A stretch of 64,000 nucleotides of DNA from assembly GCA_964016885.1 (NCBI GenBank), contig CAXHJY010000184.1:248001-312000 (forward strand). Reading direction: 5' to 3'. The notes under the pieces were generated by a model. The model worked only from the letters and a program-made list of their open reading frames with translations, had not been told where the DNA came from and ran no database searches. Positions 53,543 to 64,000 of this stretch are shown here, in pieces. The stretch comes from Eledone cirrhosa (taxonomy: Eukaryota). How positions within the stretch are numbered: position 1 is the stretch's first letter; every line of letters begins with the position of its first letter. Both the position numbers and the translations under genes were made by a program.

Positions 53543-53667
53543 TTAATCTGTTATTTTAATAAATATTTGCTCTACGGTTCTTATATATTTGATATATATT
53601 TATCCCTATCGAGCCCTCTTTGGATTTTAGTCTTCATATGTATTATTATTACTGTGTGTGTACATAT

Positions 53668-54010
53668 TGAGAGCATTGGCTTTGCAATCGAAAGGTTGTG
53701 AGTTCAATTCTCACACCGGGTGATGTGTTGTTTCCTTGAGCAAGACACTTTATTTCACATTGCTCCAGTTTACTCAGCTGTAGAAATGAGATGATAGGAC
53801 TGGCAGTCGTGGAGGTGCCACGGCAAAAAAGCACCCAGCCCACACTGTAAAGTGGATGTGGAGTTGCCACGGGGAAAAAAGCACCCAGCACTCACTGTAA
53901 ATGAGGTTGGTGTTAGGAACAGCATCCAGCTGTAGAAATCAAGCCAGAATCAGTTCCCATCCCACCCTTGCAAGCAGGGAAAAAGTGGACGTAAAATGAA
54001 ATGATGATGA
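53668..54010 (+). mobile_element. tRNA-derived SINE (CCTTGAGCAAGACACTT central domain, RTE-like tail, (TGA)n end)
   Basis: B-box GAGTTCAATTCTC, body and tail. An inverted second copy lies at 54403-54735. Confidence 0.75.
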
Positions 54011-54011
54011 A

Positions 54012-54332
54012 TGCTCCCAGCTGTGGTCACCCCATAGTATCAAACTAACCACGGAACTTGAGAAAATCCAACGAAGCTACACCAAGAGGATTGCACAATG
54101 AAGGAGATGAGCTACTGGGAGAGGCTAAAAGAACTGAAACTCTACCCTTCGGAATGAAGACGGGAGAGATATGCAATGATATACATATGGAAAATCCTGC
54201 CGGGACTAAGACCAAACTTTCGCATTGAGGGCTGGACCAATTCTCGAACAGGACGTCACTGTGTGGTACCAAAGGTCCCGTCTTCCACATCTAGAATCAG
54301 GAGCAGCCTGGGATTCAAGGGCCCTCAACTTG
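54012..54332 (+). pseudogene. CR1-type LINE ORF2 3' fragment with internal deletions
   Basis: SQLWSP...ELEKIQR...YWERLKELKLY...RRERY..IY.WKIL. Near-identical to the reverse complement of 57310-57641. Confidence 0.8.
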
Positions 54333-54402
54333 GTTTTCAAAATTTTAATTTGTGTTTCCTATTCATCAATGCTTCAAGCAAGCTATAAAACTCTATTATA
54401 TT

Positions 54403-54735
54403 TCATCATCATCATCATCATTTATGTCAGTTCTTCTACGCTAGCATGGGTTGTCCTGTTGTGGGCAGTGTCCGGTCGGCTGACCTTGTCTTGATTTCTA
54501 CAGCTGGATGCCCTTCCTAACACCAACTTAATTTACAGTGAGTGCTGGCTGTTTTTTTTTTGCCGTGGAATGATAGGGACCCCAGTCCTATCATCTCATT
54601 TCTACAGCTGAGTAAACTGGAGCAATGTGAAATAAAGTGTCTTGCTCAAGGAAACAACACATCACTCAGTCCGAGAATTAAACTCACAACCTTTCAATTG
54701 CAAGCCCAATGCTCTAACCACTGAGCCATGTGCGG
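54403..54735 (-). mobile_element. tRNA-derived SINE, same family as 53668-54010
   Basis: Reverse-complement match of head, body and (TCA)n tail. Confidence 0.75.
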
Positions 54736-55134
54736 TCAGGTGACCATGTCTTGCTCATAAAGAACTGATTTTGGCTTGGTTTCTACAGCTGGATGCCCTT
54801 CCTAATGCCAAGTTCATTTACAGTGAGTACTGGGTTTTTTTTGTTGTGATTCCTCCACGACTACTTTACAGTGTGGACTGGGTGTTTTTTACCGTGTCAC
54901 CATCACGACCACTTTACAGTGTTTCGGCCTGTTCTCATGAAAGATATATTGGCGGGTGGGATGGAGTGGTGCATACTGTATGTATGTTTCAGCCTTGGCC
55001 TGTGGGAAGTTGGGGTTTCTGTATTACCTCATAACGCCAGAGATCTTGGTCCTGTGTCATTGCCTTTCAGAGATGCAATTGGGCAAGGTCGGCTTTTATC
55101 ACTTCATCTCAAGTCTTTCTGGGACTTTATGTAG

Positions 55135-55625
55135 CTGTCATCCTTCATACGAATCACATGTCCATACCAACATAATTTCCTCTCCTGCACACAACATTTG
55201 ATTCCTCTTATGCCTAGTTTCTCTTACAGTTTGTTTATGGTTTGCTGTTCGCGTATATTACTATTACACATCCATCGGAGCATACAAGCTTCATTCCTTT
55301 CTAATCTACGCAAGTCTTCTACACACAGCACCCAGCTCTCACTACCATGCAACATTGCCGTTCATGTGCACACATCATACAGTCTACCTTTTATTCTGAG
55401 GGAAAAGCCTTTTGTATCCAGCTGTGGCAGTAGCTCCCTCAACTTCTTCCATCCCATCCTTTCAGAACACCCCCCCTCCGCTGCTAATTCGGTATTGTTT
55501 TTACCAAGTCCTCCCAGACTTTGATGTCACTTGTCCAACTGCTACATGTAAAGCCTACATTCTTAACTAAACTTCCTGAGATCCCACTACATCTCTTGTG
55601 TACCTATAGTTTGCATATGGGGCGG
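55135..55625 (-). pseudogene. RTE-clade LINE RT C-terminal fragment, decayed; related 3' sequence continues to ~54760
   Basis: Minus translation GWKKLRELLP...KGRLY...MLHGSESW...LERNEACMLRWMC...WYGHVIRM with stops. Confidence 0.75.
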
Positions 55626-55701
55626 AGGATGGAGTTTCTACCTACACCTCTCCTACATACACATACACACATATATATACACACACTCACATATATATAT
55701 A

Positions 55702-56685
55702 TACTAGCCGAATTACCAGCGCCTTGCTGCGTTTCACTCATTTTTTTTGTAAGAAAATGATGATTGATTTTAAATCAGTGATATAATTTATGGAGAAAAA
55801 CTCAATATTACTCAATGTAAAATATAATTGTTTCTACTTTAGGCACAAGGCCAGCAATTACCCAGTGCATTACTGGTACTTTGCCTTTCATCCTTACGGG
55901 GTCGATAAAATAAAGTCAACCTCGGGATTTGAACTCAGATCGTAAAGGGACGTAACTATGCTGTAAAATATAATGCATGAAAAATTGGAAAACATCATTT
56001 TTTTGTAATATATCAAATCAAAATTACATTATTAAATCTTATTCTTATTTTGTTTCTTGTAAATAATTTTTTTCAAAATATCAATTGAAACTTTTGTGAA
56101 TAGGCATCATATCTTGTCATTTACCTATGGTTTAAGTTTCATATAAAATGAAAGGGAGAAGTTTTCAGCGGGGGTTTGTACCCCCGGGAAACCCTAATAG
56201 AGTCTTATAGTATTAAGGTGTCTTATAGTATTGAAATTTTGTGAATAGGCATCATATCTCTTCATTTATCTATGGTTTAAATTGCATATAAATCGAACCG
56301 AAAAAACTTTCAGCGGGGATTTTGTGCCCTCTGGTGAACCCTAATAGAGGGTTTAACTCAGATTTAGGGTATTGTAATTTTATTGAAATTTGCTGAAATG
56401 ATGTGAATAGGCATCATATCTTGTCATTTACCTATGGTTTAAATTTCATATAAATCGAAGGCAAAGTATCAGCGGCGGTTTTGTGCCCCCGATGAACCCT
56501 TTGATTAAAATGAAATATACTTATACAAGTACCCTGGGCAATGTAGTTTCAGAATATATATGGTTATGGGGGTCTATCTCCAAAACCAGAGGATAAGTTC
56601 GTAAAATCTTGTTCCATTTATTGGCCAAACTTTTCACTATAGGGAGTTTAACTCCCATTAGGGTGTATTAATATTATTGAAATTT

Positions 56686-56736
<51 letters not shown>

Positions 56737-56835
56737 CACACACACAAATATATATACACAAACACACACACACATATATATATATACACAAACACACACA
56801 TATATATATGTATACACACACATTTATATCTTTAG
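55702..56835 (+). mobile_element. Possible non-autonomous Helentron/DINE-like element with three ~145-160-bp internal repeats and a 3' (CA)n tract, interrupted by a Nin-core SINE (~55824-55962, minus)
   Basis: Starts TACTAG...TACCAGCGCCTTGCTGCG. TGTGAATAGGCATCATATC at ~56095, 56240 and 56402. The family call is from general architecture only. Confidence 0.45.
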
Positions 56836-57074
56836 CAGAGCATTTTAATATTGCCACTCAATGAAAACCTTTTGTTTGGAATAAATGAATCTTGAAAATT
56901 AGGAGTGCCTGTCAGTGTGTATGTGTTTGACTACTTAGCATCAATTTACTACCCTCCCCTACCACCAGAAAATACCACCATATTACATTGACAGTCAGCT
57001 TTTCTGATGATTTCCTCCGAATGAAACAGTTCTAGTCCTGTTGAAGCCATTTCTATATTAAATATATATATATA

Positions 57075-57700
57075 CTCTTGTAGCTGTTCCAGCCATCCGG
57101 CTGAGACCATGATTGGGCACTGCCCTTGTTGCTACACATTCTATCTCCAGCCTGTGTTGGCTGGCCATTAATGTAAGAGGGAGTTTGTTGCTGCTGCCCT
57201 TAGGTTACCTTCGTACCGGGATCCTGGATAACAGGGTGTCAAGAAGTTTCTTGAAAATATCCACGACCACACCATGTAGATCTCTCAAATCCCTCGGCAG
57301 TTTGTTGAAGAGTTGAGGGCCTTTGAACCCCAGTCTATTGCAATATCTGCTTCTTGTTCTAGATGTGGAAGACGGGACCTTTGTCACCACACAGTGACGT
57401 CCTGTTCGGGGGTTGGTCCCGCTCTCAATACCAAAGTTTGGCGCTAGTCCCTCCAGGATTTTCCATATGTATATCCCTGCGTATCTCTCCCGTCTTCGTT
57501 CCAAGGAGTAGAGTTTCAGTTCTTTTAGCCTCTCCTAGTAGCTCATCTCCTTCATTGTGCAATCCTCTTGGTGTAGCTTCGTTGGATTTTCTCAAGTTCC
57601 GTGGTTAGTTTGATACTATGGGGTGACCACAGCTGGGAGCAATAGTCCAGGCGGCTTAGGACAAATGGCCTTCATAGTATCAACATGGTCTCCCGGTCTC
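57075..57700 (-). pseudogene. CR1-type LINE 3' fragment including the 3' end
   Basis: LSRLDYCSQLWSP...LYSLERRRERY.GIYIWKILEGLAPN...GPQLFNKLP..LR...FKKLLD..L..IP, with stops, then UTR and a (TA)n tract. Confidence 0.82.
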
Positions 57701-57939
57701 TTATATAGAAAACCTCAAATAAAAAGTCAAGATTTGTTTCGATTTAACAGAGCAGAAAGAATTTGCGTCAGAATATTCCAACCAATCCAGCCTATATCAG
57801 CTGAATAAATATGTATATGGAGATATATATATACACACCCACATGCACATATATATATATATATATATATACACTCAAACACACACATACATACACGCAT
57901 GCATGCATACATGATGGCTGCCCATTGCACGATATACCA

Positions 57940-58066
57940 TTATTAATAATTGTTTCTACGTTAGGCACAAGGCCAGCAATTACCCAGTGCATTACTGGTA
58001 CTTTATTTTATCGACCCCGTAATGATGAAAGGCAAAGTTAACCTTGGCGGGATTTGAACTCAGAAT
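57940..58066 (-). mobile_element. Nin-core SINE, 3' half
   Basis: Reverse complement of the core and tail seen at 33.9-34.2 kb. Confidence 0.8.
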
Positions 58067-58644
58067 GGCAAGGGCCGTATTATTAATTAATTCTATCGTG
58101 CAATGCCTGTGCGTGAAGATATTTTTTAAATGAGGAAAGACTGTGCACTGAGCCAATCCCACTCTCTGAGCGACAGTAGCTATAACCCGAAAAGAAGAAA
58201 ATATCAACATCATCGGTAACTACTGAGCCGCAGGTTTTATATCGGAGTTATCCCAGTTTCCTGAGTTGCCTTCTCCTAGAAGAATGCCCTGACAAAGGCT
58301 AGGGGTCCTTCACACCCAGTGGTTTAACCGCGCAATCGGGTGTCCAGCCCAATTATTTCTATGTCCCCGCGCATGTACATACACATGCACCCATGTATAT
58401 TCACACATACATATACATACATATGTACATGTGTATATACATATTTACGCACTTTTGGATGGCCATTGACTCTTATGAGATCTTCCGCCCTTTGTCAGGT
58501 TTTGTTTTTTGTCCTGCAGGGTGTCCAAAATCACCCTCCTCACCAAGTAAACTTGGTGGGGTTGCCGGTTTAGTCGCCGACGACCCGACCATGTGACAGG
58601 TTGTACTGGGTTACATGTTACTAATAGCACTCAAGAGTGACTCA

Positions 58645-61112
58645 ACATACATACATACATACTACATGATGGCTGCAAACTCGTGTTCAAGTATTGCCAT
58701 CGCCCGATAAAATGTTCAAAAATGTGAAGCACAAATGTGACTCTTTAAACCAGCCAAATACTTGCACCCTCTGGCACACACATGGCAACTTTAGGCTTCC
58801 CCGAAACCTTCCATTGCTTTGTTCTGGCTGTATGTTCACATGTATCTTTCAAGACCTCCTATGCTTGTACATTTTCAGATCATGATCTACATGAGGTCTA
58901 CTGATATGACTTTATTCATGTCTAATCAAACCAGCTTTGCTCAGGCTGACTCGACCACAGTGCTGGCAAACCAGATGATGTTCAACAGCAGGCAGTTCAG
59001 AACAGTCTCAATCCTCACCTTCCTTTTCAGTGTTAGGTGTTCTCTCCGACGAGTTTCAAAGTGTTCACCACCTGACTTGATCAAACTTCACACGCTCGTC
59101 AGCCATTTTCTCCCATTCGTCAGATGAAATTCCAGCACAAGCCAAGGTGCCCCTGATACAGTCCCGATACCGCCATTTTGGTTTATGTGGTGGTCGCCTT
59201 CCTTCACACAGTTCTCCATAGAGAAGTTGTTTGGGAATACGATCATCAGACATCCGGACCACGTGACTGTACCACCCCAACCGAAAGATTATGCTCTCTA
59301 TAGTCACGCACCTGCTCCGTTCTAGAACTTCCAAATCACTGGCGAACATTTTCCACCACACCCCAAGTAACTTATGAAGAGATTGTTGATGAAATCTCTC
59401 CAGTTCCTTGGGGTGCTTTCTGTATGTGACCCACGTTTCATAAACATAAAGTAAAGAGGAGACGACACAAGTCAGATACACTTTCACCTTGGTTTCGATA
59501 GTGATACCTCGTCTGGACCATAAACGTTGATGCAGCCGTCCAAAAGCATCACTGGCTTTCTTGATTCTTAAGGATATTTCATTATCATGTGTGCCTGAAG
59601 TGTTCAAAGTACTACCAAGGTAAACAAACTTGTCAGCAACTTTTAGCCTCTTTCCGTACATGTACACACTTGGTGCAGTGTACTCGTTTCCAGGTACTGG
59701 CTGATAGATCACAACAGTCTTTTCCAAGCTTATTGTGACGCCTAAAATGCTGCAGGCTGCAGAAAAAGAGTTCATAATAATCTGCATATCACTTTGTGAG
59801 TGTGCAAAAAGATCGCAGTCGTCTGCATACAAAAACTCTCGGATTATAGATGTTAATACTTTTGTGCTTGTACCAAAGCGCCTGGTGTTGAACAACCTTC
59901 CTGAAGTGCGATACCTGATGTAAACCCCATGAGAACAATATTTGAATGCCATGAGAAACACTATCGTAAAATATAAGGGAAACAGAATTGGAGCCGGAAT
60001 GTCCCCCTGCTTCATTACATTTTCAACTGATATTGGTTCAGAGATGCTACCACCAATACTGACCAAAGCCTTCATGTCATCATGGAAAAGATGCAGAATC
60101 TTCTACCCTACCTTGGATTTTTTCCCACAATGCAGTTCGATTGACAGTGTCAAAGGCCTTTGTCAAGTCAACAAAGACCTGGTAAAGGTCCATACATTGT
60201 TCGATACACTTTTCTTGCAGCTGCCGAGCAGAAACGATCATATCCACTGTTCCTCTTTCGTTTCTGAACCCACACTGCGACTCAGGCAACACATTCAGAG
60301 CAACTCTTGGGATCAATCTATCCATCAATATTCGACACAACTTTACCAACTACTGAAAGAAGGGATATGACATTATAATTGCCACATTTGTCCTTGCCGT
60401 CCTTTACTTTATGGAGAATCACCATGAGCGCATCCTTTTTGTGGGACATTCTCATCTTGCCACACCATTTTCATGAGGTCAGTCAGGCGCTGCGTGAAGT
60501 TTTCACCACCACACTTCAAAACCGCTCCACTCAGACCATCCATACCAGGAGACTTACCACAGTTCAGCTTATGCACAACAGAAGTCCCCTCTGCAAGAGA
60601 AGATACATTAGCCATCTCATATGCTTCACTGGTTCAATAGGAATGGAACAAAGGAAATCATCATCAACCTGGTTTAAGAGCTCATCAAAGTGATCTCTCT
60701 ATCTGTCGAGTGTCTTTTGGGTCACGCAGTAATTGCTTGCCATCTTTCGATCTCAAAGGGGCCACTGGAGAGCTGAAAGGGCCATACACCTCTGTGAGTA
60801 GAAAGTGCGGCAGTTTCACATTGTTGCCGTCAGATGCCACTTGAACTTCATCTGCTTTGTTGCTCCACCAGGTATTTTGCATAGCCCTGAGTTTCACCTG
60901 CACTTCCTTCTTTACCTGTCTGTAACGCTCATAATTGTCACCAACAGAGCTACCACCTTTAAGAACTGCATCAAGTGCCTTTTGTTTTCTGTCTAGCAGA
61001 GCCTTGACCTCCTGGTCATTCTCATCAAACCAGTCCTTGTTTTCTTGTGACAAAGCCAAGGACCTCTGCTGAAGCCTCATAGACCGAGCTCCTGAAGTCC
61101 TTCCAGTTGTTC
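58645..61112 (-). mobile_element. 5'-truncated, frameshifted RTE-clade LINE (RT domain, C-terminal C2H2 fingers, (TATG)n tail)
   Basis: Fragments WFDEND, KSPGMDG, LPESQCGFR..RGTVDMI...QEKCIEQ...FVDLTKAFDTVNR, KQG..AP.LF, LYADD, FVYLGS and RIPKQLLYGEL across four broken ORFs. Confidence 0.93.
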
Positions 61113-61846
61113 TCATACATGCATACATACTTACATATATACATGTATGCATACATCCATACATACATGTATACACACATACATACATCCATCCATCCAT
61201 ACATGTATACATACATACAATGGTTAAAGTGTTTGACAGACGACCATAAGTTCATGGGTTCATATTTGGGACCGGGTAGTTATTGAATCAACCTGATATC
61301 AATGTTTATTATACAGCTCACTTCCTCTTTGGTATAATATGACACAGTAATATCTAACATAGTACCCATCTAATCTGTTATAATATGATTTACCTTTCCT
61401 CTGTGAAGGCACATGCCTTAGGGGTTACAGTACTGGACTAACCATTATAAAGTCATGGGCTCGTTTCTTCGATCCTGCAGCATGTTGCGTCCTTCAGTAA
61501 AATACTTTAGTTTGTGTAGCATCTTCTACCAGGACTTGCGGCAGACAGATAATATCAGTAATGGAAAAAACCTTGTTTCATTAGTATGACTTGGAAATCA
61601 GATCCACTCTATTTATCTTCTTTATTAAAGGCAATCAAATTATTTATTTTTTTTATTCTTTTTCTTATTTTTCCATGTTTGTTAAATAAATTCCAAAAAA
61701 TCGAACTAAATTGAAATTTTGTAATAAAATTTCCATAAAAGTTAATGTTTACAATACAATAAAATGTAATAAAATGTATTGAAGTCGACGAAATGTGGAC
61801 CTTCATTTTTGAAAGATGGATAATGCTATAAGCAGACCTTACAATA

Positions 61847-62079
61847 TTGTACCACAATTTTCCTTTGTGCAAAAGTGGGCAGCCGAATTTAGGAAAGGAT
61901 AGGGGATTCTTGAAGATGACCCAATGTCTGGACGTCCTACAACTGCCACTACCGAGGAAAACATTGATCTCAGTACTGCAACACCGATGGAAGAAGTGTG
62001 TGGAACGCAAGGGAGACTATGTTGAAAAATAAACCTCATTTGGTCACATTCCATGAGAGTATCTTTGTCAACCCTCGTA
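61847..62079 (+). mobile_element. Mariner deletion derivative joining an N-terminal HTH remnant to the extreme C-terminus and 3' end
   Basis: VQKWAAEFRKG*..LEDDPMSGRPTTATTEENID followed by LQHRWKKCVERKGDYVEK*; ends ...CCCTCG-TA. Confidence 0.82.
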
Positions 62080-62114
62080 TCTATGCGCAATATACGTAAA
62101 GATACAGAATTGCG

Positions 62115-62518
62115 GGCACTACAACGCTATTAGCTGTCATATTTGTTGGTGAAAAAAATTTGATTATAAAACTTAAATTTATGAATGACTTGTTTTCTAC
62201 ATTGATAACCATGACTTGTTTTCTAATTAACTTAAATTTGTTTTCTAATTTGGCCCTTTTAAGGGCCACCTATATTTTCCTTTAAGTAACTCCACTTACA
62301 TCGATATGCTTTATAACCATGACTTGTTTTCTATTTGTTTTCTAATTTGGCCCTTTTATGTCTTCCCTCTCTCTCTCTCTTCCCTATCTCTCCTCTTCCC
62401 TATCTCTCTAAAAAAAACGCGTGAAAACTCCACTTACGCGTGGTAGTAATACGGAAATAAACGATGTTGACGAGTGACGTCACCTTCGCTTGTTTTCCAC
62501 TAATAGCGTTGTAGTGCC
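62115..62518. mobile_element. 404-bp MITE with perfect 19-bp TIRs
   Basis: GGCACTACAACGCTATTAG (62115-62133) and CTAATAGCGTTGTAGTGCC (62500-62518). No clear TSD. Confidence 0.8.
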
Positions 62519-62645
62519 TATATATGTATGTATATATATGTATATACACACATATATATATATTGGATTTTAGTCTTCAAATTTATTATTATTACTATAT
62601 ATATGGTGGCTGCCAACTCGTTTTCGAGTACGGCCACTACTTTAT

Positions 62646-64000
62646 ATCACTACAGGACTATAGTCTTTCCCAGTCACTACAGGACTATAGTCTTTCCCAG
62701 TCACTACAGAACTATAGTCTTTCCCAGTCACTACAGGACTATAGTCTTTCCCAGTCACTACAAGACTATAGTCTTTCCCAATCACTACAGGACTATAGAC
62801 TTTCCCAGTCACTACAGGACTATGGTCTTTCCCAGTCACTACAGGACTATAGTCTTTCCCAGTCACTACAAGACTATAGTCTTTCCCAGTCACTACAGGA
62901 TTATAGTCTTTCCCAATCACTACAGGACTATAGTCTTTCCCAGTCACTACAGGACTATAGTCTTTCCCAGTCACTACAGGACTATAGTCTTTCCCAATCA
63001 CTACAGGACTATAATCTTTCCCAGTCACTACAGGACTATAGTCTTTCCCAGTCACTACAGGACTATAGTCTTTCCCAATCACTACAGGACTATAGTCTTT
63101 CCCAATCACTACAGGACTATAGTCTTTCCCAGTCACTACAGGACTATAGTCTTTCCCAGTCACTACAGCACTATAGTCTTTCCCAGTCACTACAGGACTA
63201 TAGTCTTTCCCAATCACTACAGGACTATAGTCTTTCCCAGTCACTACAGGACTATAGTCTTTCCCAGTCACTACAAGACTATAGTCTTTCCCAATCACTA
63301 CAGGACTATAGTCTTTCCCAATCACTACAGGACTATAGTCTTTCCCAATCACTACAAGACTATAGTCTTTCCCAGTCACTACAGGACTATAGTCTTTCCC
63401 AGTTACTACAGGACTATAGTCTTTCCCAGTCACTACAGGACTATAGTCTTTTCCAGTCACTACAGGACTATAGTCTTTCCCAGTCACTACAGGACTATAG
63501 TCTTTCCCAGTCACTACAGGACTATAGTCTTTCCCAGTCACTACAGGGCTATAGTCTTTCCCAGTCACTACAGGACTATAGTCTTTCCCAATCACTACAG
63601 GACTATATTCTTTCCCAGTCACTACAGGACTATAGTCTTTCCCAGTCACTACAGGACTATAGTCTTTCCCAGTCACTACAGGACTATAGTCTTTCCCAGT
63701 CACTACAGGACTATAGTCTTTCCCAATCACTACAGGACTATAGTCTTTCCCAGTCACTACAGGACTACATTCTTTCCCAGTCACTACAGGACTATAGTCT
63801 TTCCCAATCACTACAGGACTATAGTCTTTCCCAGTCACTACAGGACTACATTCTTTCCCAGTCACTACAGGACTATAGACTTTCCCAGTCACTACAGGAC
63901 TATAGTCTTTCCCAGTCACTACAGGACTATAGTCTTTCCCAGTCACTACAGGACTATAGTCTTTCCCAATCACTACAGGACTATAGTCTTTCCCAGTCAC
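62646..64000. repeat. Second array of the same 27-bp satellite, same orientation, open at the window end
   Basis: Same consensus as 1-23778; sharp start after ...CCACTACTTTAT. Confidence 0.99.

Larger units (their letters stand above)
53075..53652 (+). mobile_element. Direct repeat of ~200 bp (377-bp period), each copy with a hammerhead-like motif; probable Penelope-type pLTR partial tandem
   Basis: AAATATTTACTTCTGCATTCA...TTGGAT.TTAG.CTTCA..T.TATTATTATTACT occurs at ~53076 and ~53446. Confidence 0.65.

Noticed and set aside
54012-57700. Identical 5' truncation of the two CR1 fragments, implying a local inverted duplication
   Set aside because: The 57-kb copy continues about 60 bp further 5' (RDRETMLIL*RPFVLSRLDY), so the breakpoints differ.

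Overview
Animal genomic DNA; the SINE, LINE and microsatellite content looks coleoid cephalopod (octopus-like), which is an inference. About 39 kb of non-satellite sequence lies between two same-orientation arrays of a 27-bp satellite (1-23778 and 62646-64000+). The very long ORFs in those arrays are repeat artefacts. The only recognisable host gene is on the minus strand: four coding exons (29009->25135) encoding the N-terminal SPX domain of an XPR1-type phosphate exporter. No transmembrane/EXS exons are visible. A 74-nt candidate intron and a short terminal exon could instead give an SPX-only protein. Upstream (36-53 kb) is a dense run of fold-back structures: a palindrome with E-box/E2F motifs, a ~1.07-kb palindromic element carrying a hAT insertion with TSD, a Penelope-like GIY-YIG fragment with inverted pLTRs each holding a minimal hammerhead motif, and a TIR family with a telomere-like core. 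That core expands to 3.3 kb in one copy, and the family's arms seeded an ~865-bp satellite. Two further hammerhead-like motifs lie at 53.1 and 53.5 kb. The rest is decayed RTE and CR1-type LINEs, tRNA-derived SINEs, MITEs, a mariner deletion derivative and simple repeats. Exon, TIR, TSD and ribozyme coordinates were counted by hand; repeat boundaries are approximate.
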